A stretch of 46,797 bases of DNA from contig DATBSK010000037.1 in assembly GCA_036559825.1 (NCBI GenBank), positions 1 to 46,797 of the forward strand, read 5' to 3'. The DNA comes from Acidimicrobiia bacterium. Lineage in GTDB: Bacteria > Actinomycetota > Acidimicrobiia > IMCC26256 > PALSA-555. The translations under genes were made by a program, and so were the position numbers. How positions within the stretch are numbered: the stretch's first letter is position 1; each line of letters starts with the position of its first letter. Below, in pieces: positions 20,260-31,337 of the stretch. The notes under the pieces were generated by a model. The model was given only the letters and a program-made list of their open reading frames with translations, was not told the origin of the DNA and did no database searches.

Positions 20260-21174
20260 TCAGAAGCCCATCCGATCGAGGCTCTGCGGCCGCCGCTGCC
20301 AGTCGCGCTCGACCGTGACCCGGCACTCCAGGTACACATGGCACCCCAGCAGCGACTCGAGCCCGAGCCGCGCCGCGGTGGCAGCTTCCTTCATGACCGC
20401 GCCGCCGCGCCCGATGACGATGCCCTTCTGGGAGTCGCGCTCGACGTGCACTGTGGCGAGGAGCCGCAGGACGCCGTCGTCCTCTCCCCCCTCGTCGTCG
20501 GCCCCGTCGTCCTCGTCGTCGAGGAGACGGCACGACACGCTGATCGAGTGCGGCACCTCGTCGCGGGTCAGCCGGATCAGCTGCTCGCGCAGCAGCTCCG
20601 CGGCGAGGAACGTCTCGGCCTGGTCGGTCGTGAGGCCCTCGGGGTAGTAGTGCGGCCCTTCCGGCACGCGGTCCTCGAGCTCGGCCGCCAGGGCCCCCAC
20701 GCCCTCCCCCGTGCGCGCGGAGCAGGGGACGTAGGCGTCGAACGGGCCGCCCAGGCTGTCGTCCGCGGCTGCCAGGTGCTCGGCGACCGCGGCCCGCGAG
20801 GCGGCATCCACCTTGTTCACGACGAGGATCCGGGGGGTGTCGACGGCGCGCACGAGGTCGCTGACGAAGCGATCGCCGCGCCCGAGCGGCGCGGTCGCCT
20901 CGACGACCACGCACACGGCGTCGACCTCGCCGAGGCTCTCGCGCGCGCGCTGGTTCGTCCGTTCGCCCAGGGTCGTGCGGGGCTTGTGCAGACCGGGCGT
21001 GTCGAGGAGCACGAGCTGGCTCGCCGGAGTCGTCCGCACGCCTCGCACCGTCGTGCGCGTCGTCTGCGGTCGCGCCGAGGTGATCGCCACCTTCGATCCG
21101 ACGAGCGCGTTCACCAGTGACGACTTGCCGACGTTGGGGCGCCCGACGAGCGTGACGAACCCCGACCGGAACAG
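20260..21174 (-). CDS. era: GTPase Era
   Basis: G1 motif GRPNVGKSSL, G3 DTPG, G4 NKVD, and a C-terminal KH domain (VIGRGGAVMKE). The G1 motif lies upstream of the first in-frame ATG/GTG/TTG (GTG at 21114). I therefore placed the start at the CTG at 21172-21174, 5 nt after GGAG. Confidence 0.9.
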   Translation of the reverse strand: MFRSGFVTLVGRPNVGKSSLVNALVGSKVAITSARPQTTRTTVRGVRTTPASQLVLLDTPGLHKPRTTLGERTNQRARESLGEVDAVCVVVEATAPLGRGDRFVSDLVRAVDTPRILVVNKVDAASRAAVAEHLAAADDSLGGPFDAYVPCSARTGEGVGALAAELEDRVPEGPHYYPEGLTTDQAETFLAAELLREQLIRLTRDEVPHSISVSCRLLDDEDDGADDEGGEDDGVLRLLATVHVERDSQKGIVIGRGGAVMKEAATAARLGLESLLGCHVYLECRVTVERDWQRRPQSLDRMGF

Positions 21175-21175
21175 A

Positions 21176-22474
21176 TCAGCTCCGTTCTGCGGCTTCCACG
21201 GTCGCGTCGTCGGACGCGTCCGGGCGCCGCAGGCGCCGGATGAGCACCGAGACGATGCGCCGGCCCTGGACGCGCTCGGTCTTGAGCTCGAGGCCCTCGA
21301 ACTTCACCGCTTCACCCGGCTCCGGCACGTGGCCGAGCAGGTTGAAGACGAGTCCACCGACGGTGTCCCACTCGGTGTCGGGGAGCTCCATGTCGAGCTC
21401 CTCGCTGAGGTCGTCGATCGGCAGCTTCCCCGGCACCCGCAGCGCGCCACCGGGGAGATGCTCGACTCCGGGCTCGGCCACGTCGTACTCGTCGGTGATC
21501 TCCCCGACGATCTCCTCGAGCAGGTCCTCGAGCGTGACGAGGCCGGCCGTCCCGCCGTGCTCGTCGACGACGATCGCCATGTGGAACTGCTTCGACTGCA
21601 TCTCGCGGAGCAGCTCGGCGACGCGCTTCTGCTCGGGCACGAAGACTGCCGGACGCAGCGACGTGCGCACGGGCTCCTTGCCCCGGCCCGCCCGTGCGAG
21701 TCCGACGAGGTCCTTCAGGTACACGAGCCCCACGATGTTGTCGGTCGTGTCCTCGAAGACGGGTATGCGCGAGAAGCCGTTCTCGATCGCGCGCGCCATC
21801 GCCTCCTCGATCGTCGCCTCGGCCTCGATCGCGACCATGTCGGGGCGCGGGAGCATCGCCTCCCGGACAACCGTGTCGCCGAACTCGAAGATCGAGTGGA
21901 TGAGCCTGCGCTCCTCCCGCTCGATGACCTCCTCGTCCGCCGCCACGTCGGCCATCGCACGCAGGTCCTCCTCCGTGACGAACGGCCCGTCCTTGATGCC
22001 CTTCCCGGGGAGGAGGACGTTGGCGGCGTTGATGAGCGCCCGTGACACGAGCCGGAGTGGCGCGAAGTTCGTCACCGCCCAGAGGAAGCCCGACAGCGCT
22101 AGCGCCGCGCGGTCGGTGTGCTGGATCGCGTACGTCTTCGGCGCCGCCTCGCCGATCACGAAGAAGAGCACGATCTGCAGCACGAGGCCGATGATGACGC
22201 CCATCGCCCCGAACTGGCGCTCGAGCAGGATCCCGAGCAGCGACGCCGTCGTGAGCTGGGACACGAGCACGAGGAGCAGCAACGAGTTGATCGTGCGCTC
22301 GGGGTGCTCGAGCAGTCGCGCGAGGCGTGCCGCGCCCTTGCGCCCTTCCTCCTCGAGTGCCATCGCGCGGATGCGGTTCATGCGCGCGAACGCCATCTCG
22401 GCCATCGCGAGGACGATCGAGAAGAGGAACAGGACGACGACGAGGACGAGGATCCACCAGTCGACCGTGGTCAC
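21176..22474 (-). CDS. CNNM/TlyC-family hemolysin-like protein (DUF21 TM domain, CBS pair, CorC_HlyC)
   Basis: N-terminal TM region; CBS region DTVVREAMLPRPDMVAI ... GFSRIPVFEDTTDNIVG; C-terminus HMAIVVDEHGGTAGLVTLEDLLEEIVGEI. Confidence 0.88.
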   Translation of the reverse strand: MTTVDWWILVLVVVLFLFSIVLAMAEMAFARMNRIRAMALEEEGRKGAARLARLLEHPERTINSLLLLVLVSQLTTASLLGILLERQFGAMGVIIGLVLQIVLFFVIGEAAPKTYAIQHTDRAALALSGFLWAVTNFAPLRLVSRALINAANVLLPGKGIKDGPFVTEEDLRAMADVAADEEVIEREERRLIHSIFEFGDTVVREAMLPRPDMVAIEAEATIEEAMARAIENGFSRIPVFEDTTDNIVGLVYLKDLVGLARAGRGKEPVRTSLRPAVFVPEQKRVAELLREMQSKQFHMAIVVDEHGGTAGLVTLEDLLEEIVGEITDEYDVAEPGVEHLPGGALRVPGKLPIDDLSEELDMELPDTEWDTVGGLVFNLLGHVPEPGEAVKFEGLELKTERVQGRRIVSVLIRRLRRPDASDDATVEAAERS

Positions 22475-23007
22475 GCGCTCGCCCCCGGCTCGGCGGACTC
22501 GAGCATCCGGAACTGCTCGAGCAGCTCGTGCTCACGCCGACGCATGCGCGCGGCGTCGTCGAGCTCGGCGTGGTCGTAGTCGAGCAGGTGCAGCACTCCG
22601 TGGACGACGAGCAGCGCGAGCTCGTCGTCGAGGCTGCGTCCGCCCTCCTGTGCCTGACGTTGCGCGACGGCGGGGCACACGAGCACGTCGCCGAGGACGA
22701 GCGGCGGCTCGTCGTCGTCGGCCGGCGTCCCCGGGCCGCGCCCGCCCTCGTCGGGATGGCGACCACCGGGCAGCGGCTCGTCGTCGATCGGGAAGGCGAG
22801 CACGTCGGTGGGCCCGAAGCCGTCGAGGAACCGCTCGTTGAGGTCGGTGATCGTGTCCTCGCCGACGAACAGGACCGACAGCTCGGCGTCGGGAGGCACG
22901 CGCTCCTCGTCGAGGACGAGCTGGGCGAGGCGAACCCACCGCAGCACGTCGATCGACACCGCGCCCTGCTCGTCGGCTCCGAACACGCGGACCGCGCCCG
23001 CGGGCAC
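22471..23007 (-). CDS. ybeY: rRNA maturation endoribonuclease YbeY
   Basis: Metal-binding motif LLVVHGVLHLLDYDH. Located between phoH and the CNNM gene. Confidence 0.9.
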   Translation of the reverse strand: MPAGAVRVFGADEQGAVSIDVLRWVRLAQLVLDEERVPPDAELSVLFVGEDTITDLNERFLDGFGPTDVLAFPIDDEPLPGGRHPDEGGRGPGTPADDDEPPLVLGDVLVCPAVAQRQAQEGGRSLDDELALLVVHGVLHLLDYDHAELDDAARMRRREHELLEQFRMLESAEPGASA

Positions 23008-23009
23008 CG

Positions 23010-23987
23010 TCAGTGCCAGTCCTCGGCCGGTGCAGTGCCGACGCGCTCGTAGGCGTGGACGATGTCCTGCACGATCCGGTGGCGCACGACGTCGCCCCGG
23101 TCGAGCTCGACGAACGAGAGACCGTCGATGCCCTGGAGGATGTCACGCACGGCGAGCAGGCCGGATCGACCGCGGCCCTCGGGGAGGTCGATCTGGGTGA
23201 CGTCGCCGGTCACGACGACCTTGGACCCGAAGCCGAGGCGGGTGAGGAACATCTTCATCTGCTCCGGCGTCGTGTTCTGCGCCTCGTCGAGGATGATGAA
23301 GGAGTCGTTCAGGGTTCTCCCCCGCATGAATGCGAGCGGAGCGACCTCGATCGTCCCGCGGTCCATGAGCCGTGCGACCACCTCGGTGTCGAGCATGTCG
23401 TACAGCGCGTCGTAGAGCGGGCGGAGGTAGGGATCGACCTTGGCGAGCACGTCGCCGGGGAGGAAGCCGAGTCGCTCCCCCGCCTCCACCGCCGGCCGCG
23501 TGAGGATGATCCGGTTGATCTCCTTCGCCTGGAGCGCCTGCACTGCGAGCGCGACCGCGAGGTAGCTCTTGCCCGTGCCCGCAGGTCCGATCGCGAACGT
23601 CACCGTGTTGGCGCCGACCGCGTCGACGTAGCGCTTCTGCCCCGCCGTCTTCGGTCGCACCGGCTTTCGCCCGCGCAGCACCTCGGTCGCGAGGACCTCG
23701 GACGGGCGCTGGTCGGCCTTCAGCATCTCGATCGTCCGCCCGAGACCGTCGCTGTCGATGGCGTGTCCTCGCTCGACGAGCAGCACGAGCTCCTCGAAGA
23801 GACGGCCGACGCGCTCCGCGTCGCTCGCCTCACCGGTGATGTTGATCTCGTTGCCGCGGACGTGGATCGTGACCGGGAAGGACGCCTCGACGAGCTTCAG
23901 CAGCTCGTCGCGCTGACCGAGCAGGTCCACCATGAGGTGGTTCCCCGGGACGAGGACCTTCAGCTGGGTCGGTGACGGTACCGGCAC
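23010..23987 (-). CDS. phoH: PhoH-family ATPase
   Basis: Walker A GPAGTGKSYLAVALAV and Walker B FIILDEAQN. 325 aa. Confidence 0.92.
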   Translation of the reverse strand: MPVPSPTQLKVLVPGNHLMVDLLGQRDELLKLVEASFPVTIHVRGNEINITGEASDAERVGRLFEELVLLVERGHAIDSDGLGRTIEMLKADQRPSEVLATEVLRGRKPVRPKTAGQKRYVDAVGANTVTFAIGPAGTGKSYLAVALAVQALQAKEINRIILTRPAVEAGERLGFLPGDVLAKVDPYLRPLYDALYDMLDTEVVARLMDRGTIEVAPLAFMRGRTLNDSFIILDEAQNTTPEQMKMFLTRLGFGSKVVVTGDVTQIDLPEGRGRSGLLAVRDILQGIDGLSFVELDRGDVVRHRIVQDIVHAYERVGTAPAEDWH

Positions 23988-24059
23988 GTCGTCGGCAGCG
24001 TAGCGCCGCTTGCTTTCCGCGGGCGTCAGCAGCGGAGCGAGCGACGCAATGGTGATGAG

Positions 24060-24551
24060 TCAGCTTGCGGCGCGCAGGCCGAGCTCGTCGAGGCGCGAGG
24101 CGAGGTCCTCCGGTCGCCGGCCGAGCACGGCCGCCAGCACCCGGACGTCGTCGCTGCGGATCGTGAGCATGCGACCGTTGAAGTCCTGGCGCTGGAGCTG
24201 GATCGTCGCCGCGTACCGGGAGAGGACCTGCGCGTCCGGCTCGTCGATCTGGTTGAGGCGGACGAGGTCGATGGTGTAGCCCGCGGCGCCCTCCGAGTCG
24301 CGGCGCGTCGTCAGGTCGATCTCGGCGCCCAGGTCGTCGCGCGGGAGCAGCTGGTCCGCGGGGACGTCGTAGAGCTCGGCCAGGCGGAGGAGCCTGCCGA
24401 CGGACAGGGCCCGTTCGCCCCGCTCGTAGGCGCCGAGCACCGAGGCCTTGAACTCCTTGCCCGAGCGCGCCTCGACGTCGTGCAGCGAGAGCCCTTGCTG
24501 GCGCCGGATGGCGCGCAGACGTTCGCCGATCAGGACGCTGTGATCGCTCAT
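24060..24551 (-). CDS. XRE-family helix-turn-helix transcriptional regulator with an uncharacterised C-terminal domain
   Basis: HTH_3-like IGERLRAIRRQQGLSLHDVEARSGKEFKASVLGAYERGERALSVGRLLRLAELYDV. The ATG at 24551 is preceded by GGGAG. Confidence 0.8.
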   Translation of the reverse strand: MSDHSVLIGERLRAIRRQQGLSLHDVEARSGKEFKASVLGAYERGERALSVGRLLRLAELYDVPADQLLPRDDLGAEIDLTTRRDSEGAAGYTIDLVRLNQIDEPDAQVLSRYAATIQLQRQDFNGRMLTIRSDDVRVLAAVLGRRPEDLASRLDELGLRAAS

Positions 24552-24640
24552 TCTCTGACGCTCCCAGCCTTTCGCCGCGCAGGGTAGCAGGAATCGCCCC
24601 TGCTTGCCCACCCTCCGTGGTCAGATCGCGAAGGGCGAGA

Positions 24641-25396
24641 TCACGCCGTCTCGGCGCCCTCGGGAGGAACGACGGGCGCCCGGACGGCGGCGAGGACGGC
24701 GGCACCGGCGACGGCGGCCGTCTCCGCCCGCAGGACGTGGGCGCCGATCGCCAGGCGGGGGGCGCCCCGGAGGGCATCCGACTCCGAGGGCGAGAACCCA
24801 CCTTCCGGGCCCACGAGCAGCGTCCACCCGGCCTCCCCGGGACCGGGCGGCCCGGTCGGATGCCCCCGCTCGGCCACGACGAGGCCGCCGCGGCCGGCGA
24901 GGTCGAGCAGCGGCACCGGGAACCCGATCTCCGGCAGGCGGGCGCGCCTCGACTGCATCGCGGCCTCGCGCGCCACGCGCTGCAGTCGCTCGACCACCGA
25001 AGGCTCACGTCCGCCGCGGGCTCGGGCGACCGAACGCTCACCGACCACCGGCACCACCTCGTCGACGCCGAGCTCGGTGAGCTGGCGCACGACGGTCTCG
25101 GGCTTCACGCCCTTCGTGAGCGCGAACGCGACCGCGAGGCGCGGGACGAGCTCCGGCTCGCGCCGGACGGTGCCGGTGGCCCCGAGCACGATGGCGCCAC
25201 GGCGGACCTCGGCGACGGCGTAGGGGCGCCAGGCGCCGCGCCCGTCGGCGGCGGTGACCATCTCGCCGGCACGCAAGCGACGGGCGCGCGCGAGATGGTG
25301 CCCGTCGGCGCCCTCCACGGTGACCTCGTCGGCAAGAGCGTCGACGAGCACGTGCGCCGCGGCGCCCGCGTCCGCGGGGAACCCGGGCTCATCCAT
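24641..25396 (-). CDS. rsmE: 16S rRNA (uracil1498-N3)-methyltransferase RsmE
   Basis: PUA-like N-terminus (HHLARARRLRAGEMVTAADGRG) and a SPOUT C-terminus (LTKGVKPETVVRQLTELGVDEVVPV ... LLVGPEGGFS). Typical position after dnaJ. Confidence 0.85.
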   Translation of the reverse strand: MDEPGFPADAGAAAHVLVDALADEVTVEGADGHHLARARRLRAGEMVTAADGRGAWRPYAVAEVRRGAIVLGATGTVRREPELVPRLAVAFALTKGVKPETVVRQLTELGVDEVVPVVGERSVARARGGREPSVVERLQRVAREAAMQSRRARLPEIGFPVPLLDLAGRGGLVVAERGHPTGPPGPGEAGWTLLVGPEGGFSPSESDALRGAPRLAIGAHVLRAETAAVAGAAVLAAVRAPVVPPEGAETA

Positions 25397-25421
25397 CCGA
25401 GGGCCCCGGTGTGCCGCCGCG

Positions 25422-27559
<2,138 letters not shown>

Positions 27560-27586
27560 CTGGCACTCAATGGTACCGAGTGCCAA
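27560..27586 (-). promoter_or_regulatory. CIRCE operator (HrcA binding site)
   Basis: The minus strand reads TTGGCACTC-N9-GAGTGCCAG, compared with the consensus TTAGCACTC-N9-GAGTGCTAA. It is a perfect 9-bp inverted repeat, abuts the hrcA ATG and overlaps the last codons of hemW. Confidence 0.85.
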
Positions 27587-28709
27587 CGTCCGCGCCCGCG
27601 AGCGCCGCCTCGCCGCGCCCGCCGGCCAGCAGCAGGCGTGCCGTCACCTCGGTCGCCAGGAGCCGGCCGCGGCGCGTGAGCACCGCGCGCGCTCCGTCGA
27701 GCTCGAGCAGCCCGTCCCGCTCGAGACCTCGTGCCTCCCCCAGCGAGGCCGGCGGCAGGTCCGCGCCGCGGCGCGTGCGCAGGGCGAGGGTCACCGCCTC
27801 CTCGGCGCGGGCACCGGCACCGAGCTGCTCGTGTCCGGACTCGGGGTCGTCGCCCCTCGCGACCCGCTCGATGAAGCGCTCGGGGGTCCGGACGTTCCAC
27901 CACCGTCGCCCGGCGCGGTGACCGTGCGCGGCGCAGCCGATCGGGAGGTAGTCGCCGCCCGCCCACGTGAGCAGGTTGTGGCGGCAGGCGTGACCGGGGC
28001 GCGCCCAGTTCGAGATCTCGTACCAGTCGAGCCCCGCCGCGGTGAGCAGGTCGTCGGCGAGCTCGTACTTGGCGGCCTGGTCGTCGTCACTCGGCGCCGA
28101 CGCTCCCCCGGCGACGCGCCGACCGAGTGGTGTGGCGGGCTCGATCGTGAGCGCGTACGCGCTGACGTGCGGTGCCTCGAAGGCGAGCACGGCATCGAGC
28201 GTCGCCCGCCAGTCGTCCATCGTCTCGCCGGGCGTCCCGTAGATGACGTCGAGGTTGAAGTCCTCGAAGCCGGCCGCGCGCGCCCACGACACGGCGCGGG
28301 TGACGTTGTCGGGATCGTGCGTGCGTCCGAGCGACGCGAGGACCGCCGGACGCATCGACTGCACGCCGAACGACAGCCGGTTCACACCGGCATTCCGATA
28401 GGCGACGAGCTTGTCGAGATCGACCGTGTCGGGGTTGCACTCGACTGTCACCTCGGCGGCCGCGGCACGCGGGATCGCGTCCAGGATCGCGACCAGGTCG
28501 GCGGCGTCGAGCAAGGAGGGGGTCCCCCCGCCGAAGAAGACCGACGTGGCCGGTGTGACCTCCCCGAGCGACACCCGTCGAGCGAGATCTCGCAGGCACG
28601 CGTGGACGTAGGCGCCGACGAGGTGACCGCGGTCGGTCCAGGTGGCGAAGTCGCAGTAGTCGCACGCCCGGGCACAGAACGGGATGTGCACGTAGACGCC
28701 GAAGCCCAC
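27567..28709 (-). CDS. hemW: Radical SAM heme chaperone HemW (HemN-like, oxygen-independent coproporphyrinogen oxidase family)
   Basis: FGVYVHIPFCARACDYCDF contains the radical SAM CxxxCxxC motif. It holds the conserved position between lepA and hrcA. The start is uncertain: GTG at 28709, or ATG at 28778, which would overlap the anti-sigma gene. Confidence 0.88.
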   Translation of the reverse strand: MGFGVYVHIPFCARACDYCDFATWTDRGHLVGAYVHACLRDLARRVSLGEVTPATSVFFGGGTPSLLDAADLVAILDAIPRAAAAEVTVECNPDTVDLDKLVAYRNAGVNRLSFGVQSMRPAVLASLGRTHDPDNVTRAVSWARAAGFEDFNLDVIYGTPGETMDDWRATLDAVLAFEAPHVSAYALTIEPATPLGRRVAGGASAPSDDDQAAKYELADDLLTAAGLDWYEISNWARPGHACRHNLLTWAGGDYLPIGCAAHGHRAGRRWWNVRTPERFIERVARGDDPESGHEQLGAGARAEEAVTLALRTRRGADLPPASLGEARGLERDGLLELDGARAVLTRRGRLLATEVTARLLLAGGRGEAALAGADVGTRYH

Positions 28710-28743
28710 ATCGGAATGGTCGCGCGTTCGCCGCGCGTGCGGG

Positions 28744-29529
28744 TCAGGCGTAGAAGCCCTCGAGCACCGGCGCCGCATCCGTGTGCTCCACCCCGGGTGC
28801 CGCCTCGTCGGTCACCATGAACCCGCGCGCGTCGCCCGGTGCGTGGAAGGCGGCGACGTCGAAGGAGCGGCCGAGGAGACCGGCCGAGACCATCGGGGGG
28901 TCGGGCGCGTCGCCGACGATCGCCCAGAGCTGGTAGATCCGGCCGCGCTCGAGGCGAGGGACGTGCTTCGCCATCAGGAACGACGTCCCGTCCGGCATCG
29001 TCACCACCATGGCGCTGCCCGCGCCCTTCGCGCCATCGAGGCTGGCCCTGCGGGCGCGGGGGTCGGCCGCCGCGGCCTCGGCCGCGTGCTCCATGCCCTG
29101 GTGCGCGACGCTCGCCGCGACGCGGTCGAGGCGTTCCTCCTGACGGGACATCTCGTCGCTCACCGCGATCGCGGTGACGACGGCGGCGACGGCGCTCGCT
29201 GCCGCGATGCCGACCGCGACGCGCGCCGCGACCCCGCGCCTCCCCCGGCGACCCGAGGCGGTCCGGGTGCGGGCGAGTGGCAGCACGAGCCCGGGAGGCT
29301 CGGCACCGAGCGAGTCCTCGATGCGCGCCCAGAGACCGTCGGGCGCCGTCTCGCGGTCCGAGTAGGCGAGGAGCGCCGCGGTCTCGCGCAGCTCGTCGAC
29401 TTCACGTTGCGCCTCGGGTGCGCGTTCGAGGTACGCGTCGACCTGCCCGCACTCGTCCGGCTCGACGGCGTCGAGCGCGTAGACCGCGAGCAGCTCGCGC
29501 AGCTCGGCCGGCGTCAGCTCTCGAGCCAC
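28744..29529 (-). CDS. Anti-sigma factor, RskA-like (one TM helix; extracytoplasmic RskA-type domain)
   Basis: The N-terminal anti-sigma helix region is LRELLAVYALDAVEPDE ... EVDELRETAALLAY. A central TM helix (VAARVAVGIAAASAVAAVVTAIAV) follows. The C-terminus has GRIYQLWAIVGD. The gene overlaps the upstream ECF sigma gene by 16 nt. Confidence 0.8.
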   Translation of the reverse strand: MARELTPAELRELLAVYALDAVEPDECGQVDAYLERAPEAQREVDELRETAALLAYSDRETAPDGLWARIEDSLGAEPPGLVLPLARTRTASGRRGRRGVAARVAVGIAAASAVAAVVTAIAVSDEMSRQEERLDRVAASVAHQGMEHAAEAAAADPRARRASLDGAKGAGSAMVVTMPDGTSFLMAKHVPRLERGRIYQLWAIVGDAPDPPMVSAGLLGRSFDVAAFHAPGDARGFMVTDEAAPGVEHTDAAPVLEGFYA

Positions 29530-30110
29530 GGCCCCCCCGTCCCGAGCGCGCCGCTCCCGACGAGCGCCTCACGGAGTCGCCCGAGCCCGGTGCGGATCCG
29601 GCTCTTCACGGTCCCCTCGGGTGCATCCAGCAACGACGCGACCTCACGGTAGGTGTGCCCGCCGAAGTACGCGAGCTCGATCGCGGCCCGCTCGTCGTCG
29701 GTGAGGCGTTCGAGCGCGTCGCGGACGTGCGCGGCGAGCGTGAGGTCCCAGACCTCGCGCTCGAGGTCGTAGCCGGCACCCGGGCTCCGCCGCGCGTCGC
29801 GCTCTTCACGGGTGCGCCGTGCCGTCTCTGCGCGCACGAGGTCGACGGCGCGACCGTGCGTGTTGGCGAGGAGGAACGACCGGAGGCTCCCACGCGCGGG
29901 ATCGAAACGCTCGGGCTCGTTCCAGAGGCGCAGGAACACCTCCTGCACGACCTCTTCCGCGAGCGTCCGATCGCCGGTGATGCGCAGCGCGAGACCGAAG
30001 GCCCCGCCCGCGTGCCGCCGGTACGCCTCGGCGAGCGCCTGCTCGTGGAAGCGCCCGATGGCGACGACGAGCTGCGCGTCGCTCGTCTCACGGATGTCGT
30101 CGGCGGTCAG
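29514..30110 (-). CDS. ECF-family RNA polymerase sigma factor (SigK-like by its partnership with an RskA-like anti-sigma)
   Basis: Sigma-2 region AEEVVQEVFLRLWNEPERFDP and sigma-4 region LTDDERAAIELAYFGGHTYREVASLLDAPEGTVKSRIRTGL. Between region 2 and the divergent ACAD gene there is no in-frame ATG/GTG/TTG. I placed the start at the CTG at 30108-30110, 5 nt after GGGAGAG. The alternative is the GTG at 30227. Confidence 0.85.
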   Translation of the reverse strand: MTADDIRETSDAQLVVAIGRFHEQALAEAYRRHAGGAFGLALRITGDRTLAEEVVQEVFLRLWNEPERFDPARGSLRSFLLANTHGRAVDLVRAETARRTREERDARRSPGAGYDLEREVWDLTLAAHVRDALERLTDDERAAIELAYFGGHTYREVASLLDAPEGTVKSRIRTGLGRLREALVGSGALGTGGPWLES

Positions 30111-30185
30111 GTCGTCTCTCCCGGGTCGACGGCGGCGGGCCCGCTCTAGTGTTCGGCGCCGGCCGCGACGCGGGATCTCGAGAAA

Positions 30186-30191
30186 TAGCCT
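30186..30191 (+). promoter_or_regulatory. Candidate -10 hexamer (TAGCCT) for a leaderless acyl-CoA dehydrogenase transcript
   Basis: This is the only AT-rich patch (gagaaatagcct) in the 87-bp divergent region. The TANNNT hexamer ends 6 nt before the GTG start at 30198, and no SD is present. Confidence 0.3.
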
Positions 30192-30197
30192 GCCCGC

Positions 30198-31337
30198 GTG
30201 GACCTGCCTCCGGAAGCGGAGCCGCACCGGGCCGAGGTGCGCGAGTGGATCGCGGCGCAGCGCACGGACGGCGGGTGGCCCCCGGACGTCGCAGTCCGGC
30301 TCGCGGAGGCGGGCTACGTGGCGCCCCATTGGCCGGCGCCGTGGGGTCTCGACGCCGGACCGGTCCAGCAGCTGGCGATCGATGCCGAGCTGCGTGCCGC
30401 CGGTGTGCCATGGCCGTTCAACCCGATCGGCATCGGCTGGGCCGGACCGACGCTGCTCGTCGCCGGAACGCCGGAGCAGCAGGAACGGTGGATCCCCCCG
30501 ATCCTCGACGGCAGCGAGATGTGGTGCCAGCTGTTCAGTGAGCCCGGGGCAGGCAGCGACCTCGCCTCGCTCTCGACGCGGGCAACCCGCGACGGTGAGG
30601 AGTGGATCGTCGAGGGGCAGAAGGTCTGGACGACGTTCGCGCACCTCGCGCGCTGGGGGATCCTCCTCGCACGCACCGACCCGGACGCCGACCCGCACCT
30701 CGGCATCTCGTACTTCGTCGTCGACATGCGCGATCCGGGGATCACCGTGCACCCGATCCGCCAGATGGACGGCAAGACCGACTTCAACGCGGTGTTCCTC
30801 GACCGCGTGCGCGTGCCGGCACCGAACCTCGTCGGCGAGGTGCACGACGGCTGGCGCCTCGCCAAGGTGACGCTCGGGAACGAGCGCGTCTCGCTCTCGG
30901 GCGAGGGCGCGCTCTGGGGTCAGGGTCCGACCGCGCACGACCTCCTCGAGATGGTGCGCGCGCACGGCGGCGCGCGCGACCCGGTGCTGCGTCAGCGCCT
31001 CGCCGCGCTGTTCGTCGAGGCCGAGGTGCTGCGGCTCATCCGGCTGCGCACCCTGTCGGCACGCGTGCGCGGGCTCGAGCCAGGCCCGGAGGCGTCGGTG
31101 CGGAAAGCGCTCGCGGACGAGCACGGCCAGCACGTGATGTCGGCCGCACTGGATCTCGCCGGGACCGCGGCGGTGCTGCGCGACCGCGGACCGTACGGCG
31201 CCGAGACGCCGCTGTGGGCCGACGGCTACCTCTACTCCCGCGCGCTCACCATCGGGGGCGGGACGAGCGAGGTGCAGCGCAACATCATCGGCGAGCGAGT
31301 CCTCGGGTTGCCGCGCGACCCCGCGGCGGGCGCATGA
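30198..31337 (+). CDS. Acyl-CoA dehydrogenase family protein
   Basis: WCQLFSEPGAGSDLASLSTRATRDGEEWIVEGQKVWTTFAH ... C-terminus IGGGTSEVQRNIIGERVLGLP. Confidence 0.9.
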   Translation: MDLPPEAEPHRAEVREWIAAQRTDGGWPPDVAVRLAEAGYVAPHWPAPWGLDAGPVQQLAIDAELRAAGVPWPFNPIGIGWAGPTLLVAGTPEQQERWIPPILDGSEMWCQLFSEPGAGSDLASLSTRATRDGEEWIVEGQKVWTTFAHLARWGILLARTDPDADPHLGISYFVVDMRDPGITVHPIRQMDGKTDFNAVFLDRVRVPAPNLVGEVHDGWRLAKVTLGNERVSLSGEGALWGQGPTAHDLLEMVRAHGGARDPVLRQRLAALFVEAEVLRLIRLRTLSARVRGLEPGPEASVRKALADEHGQHVMSAALDLAGTAAVLRDRGPYGAETPLWADGYLYSRALTIGGGTSEVQRNIIGERVLGLPRDPAAGA

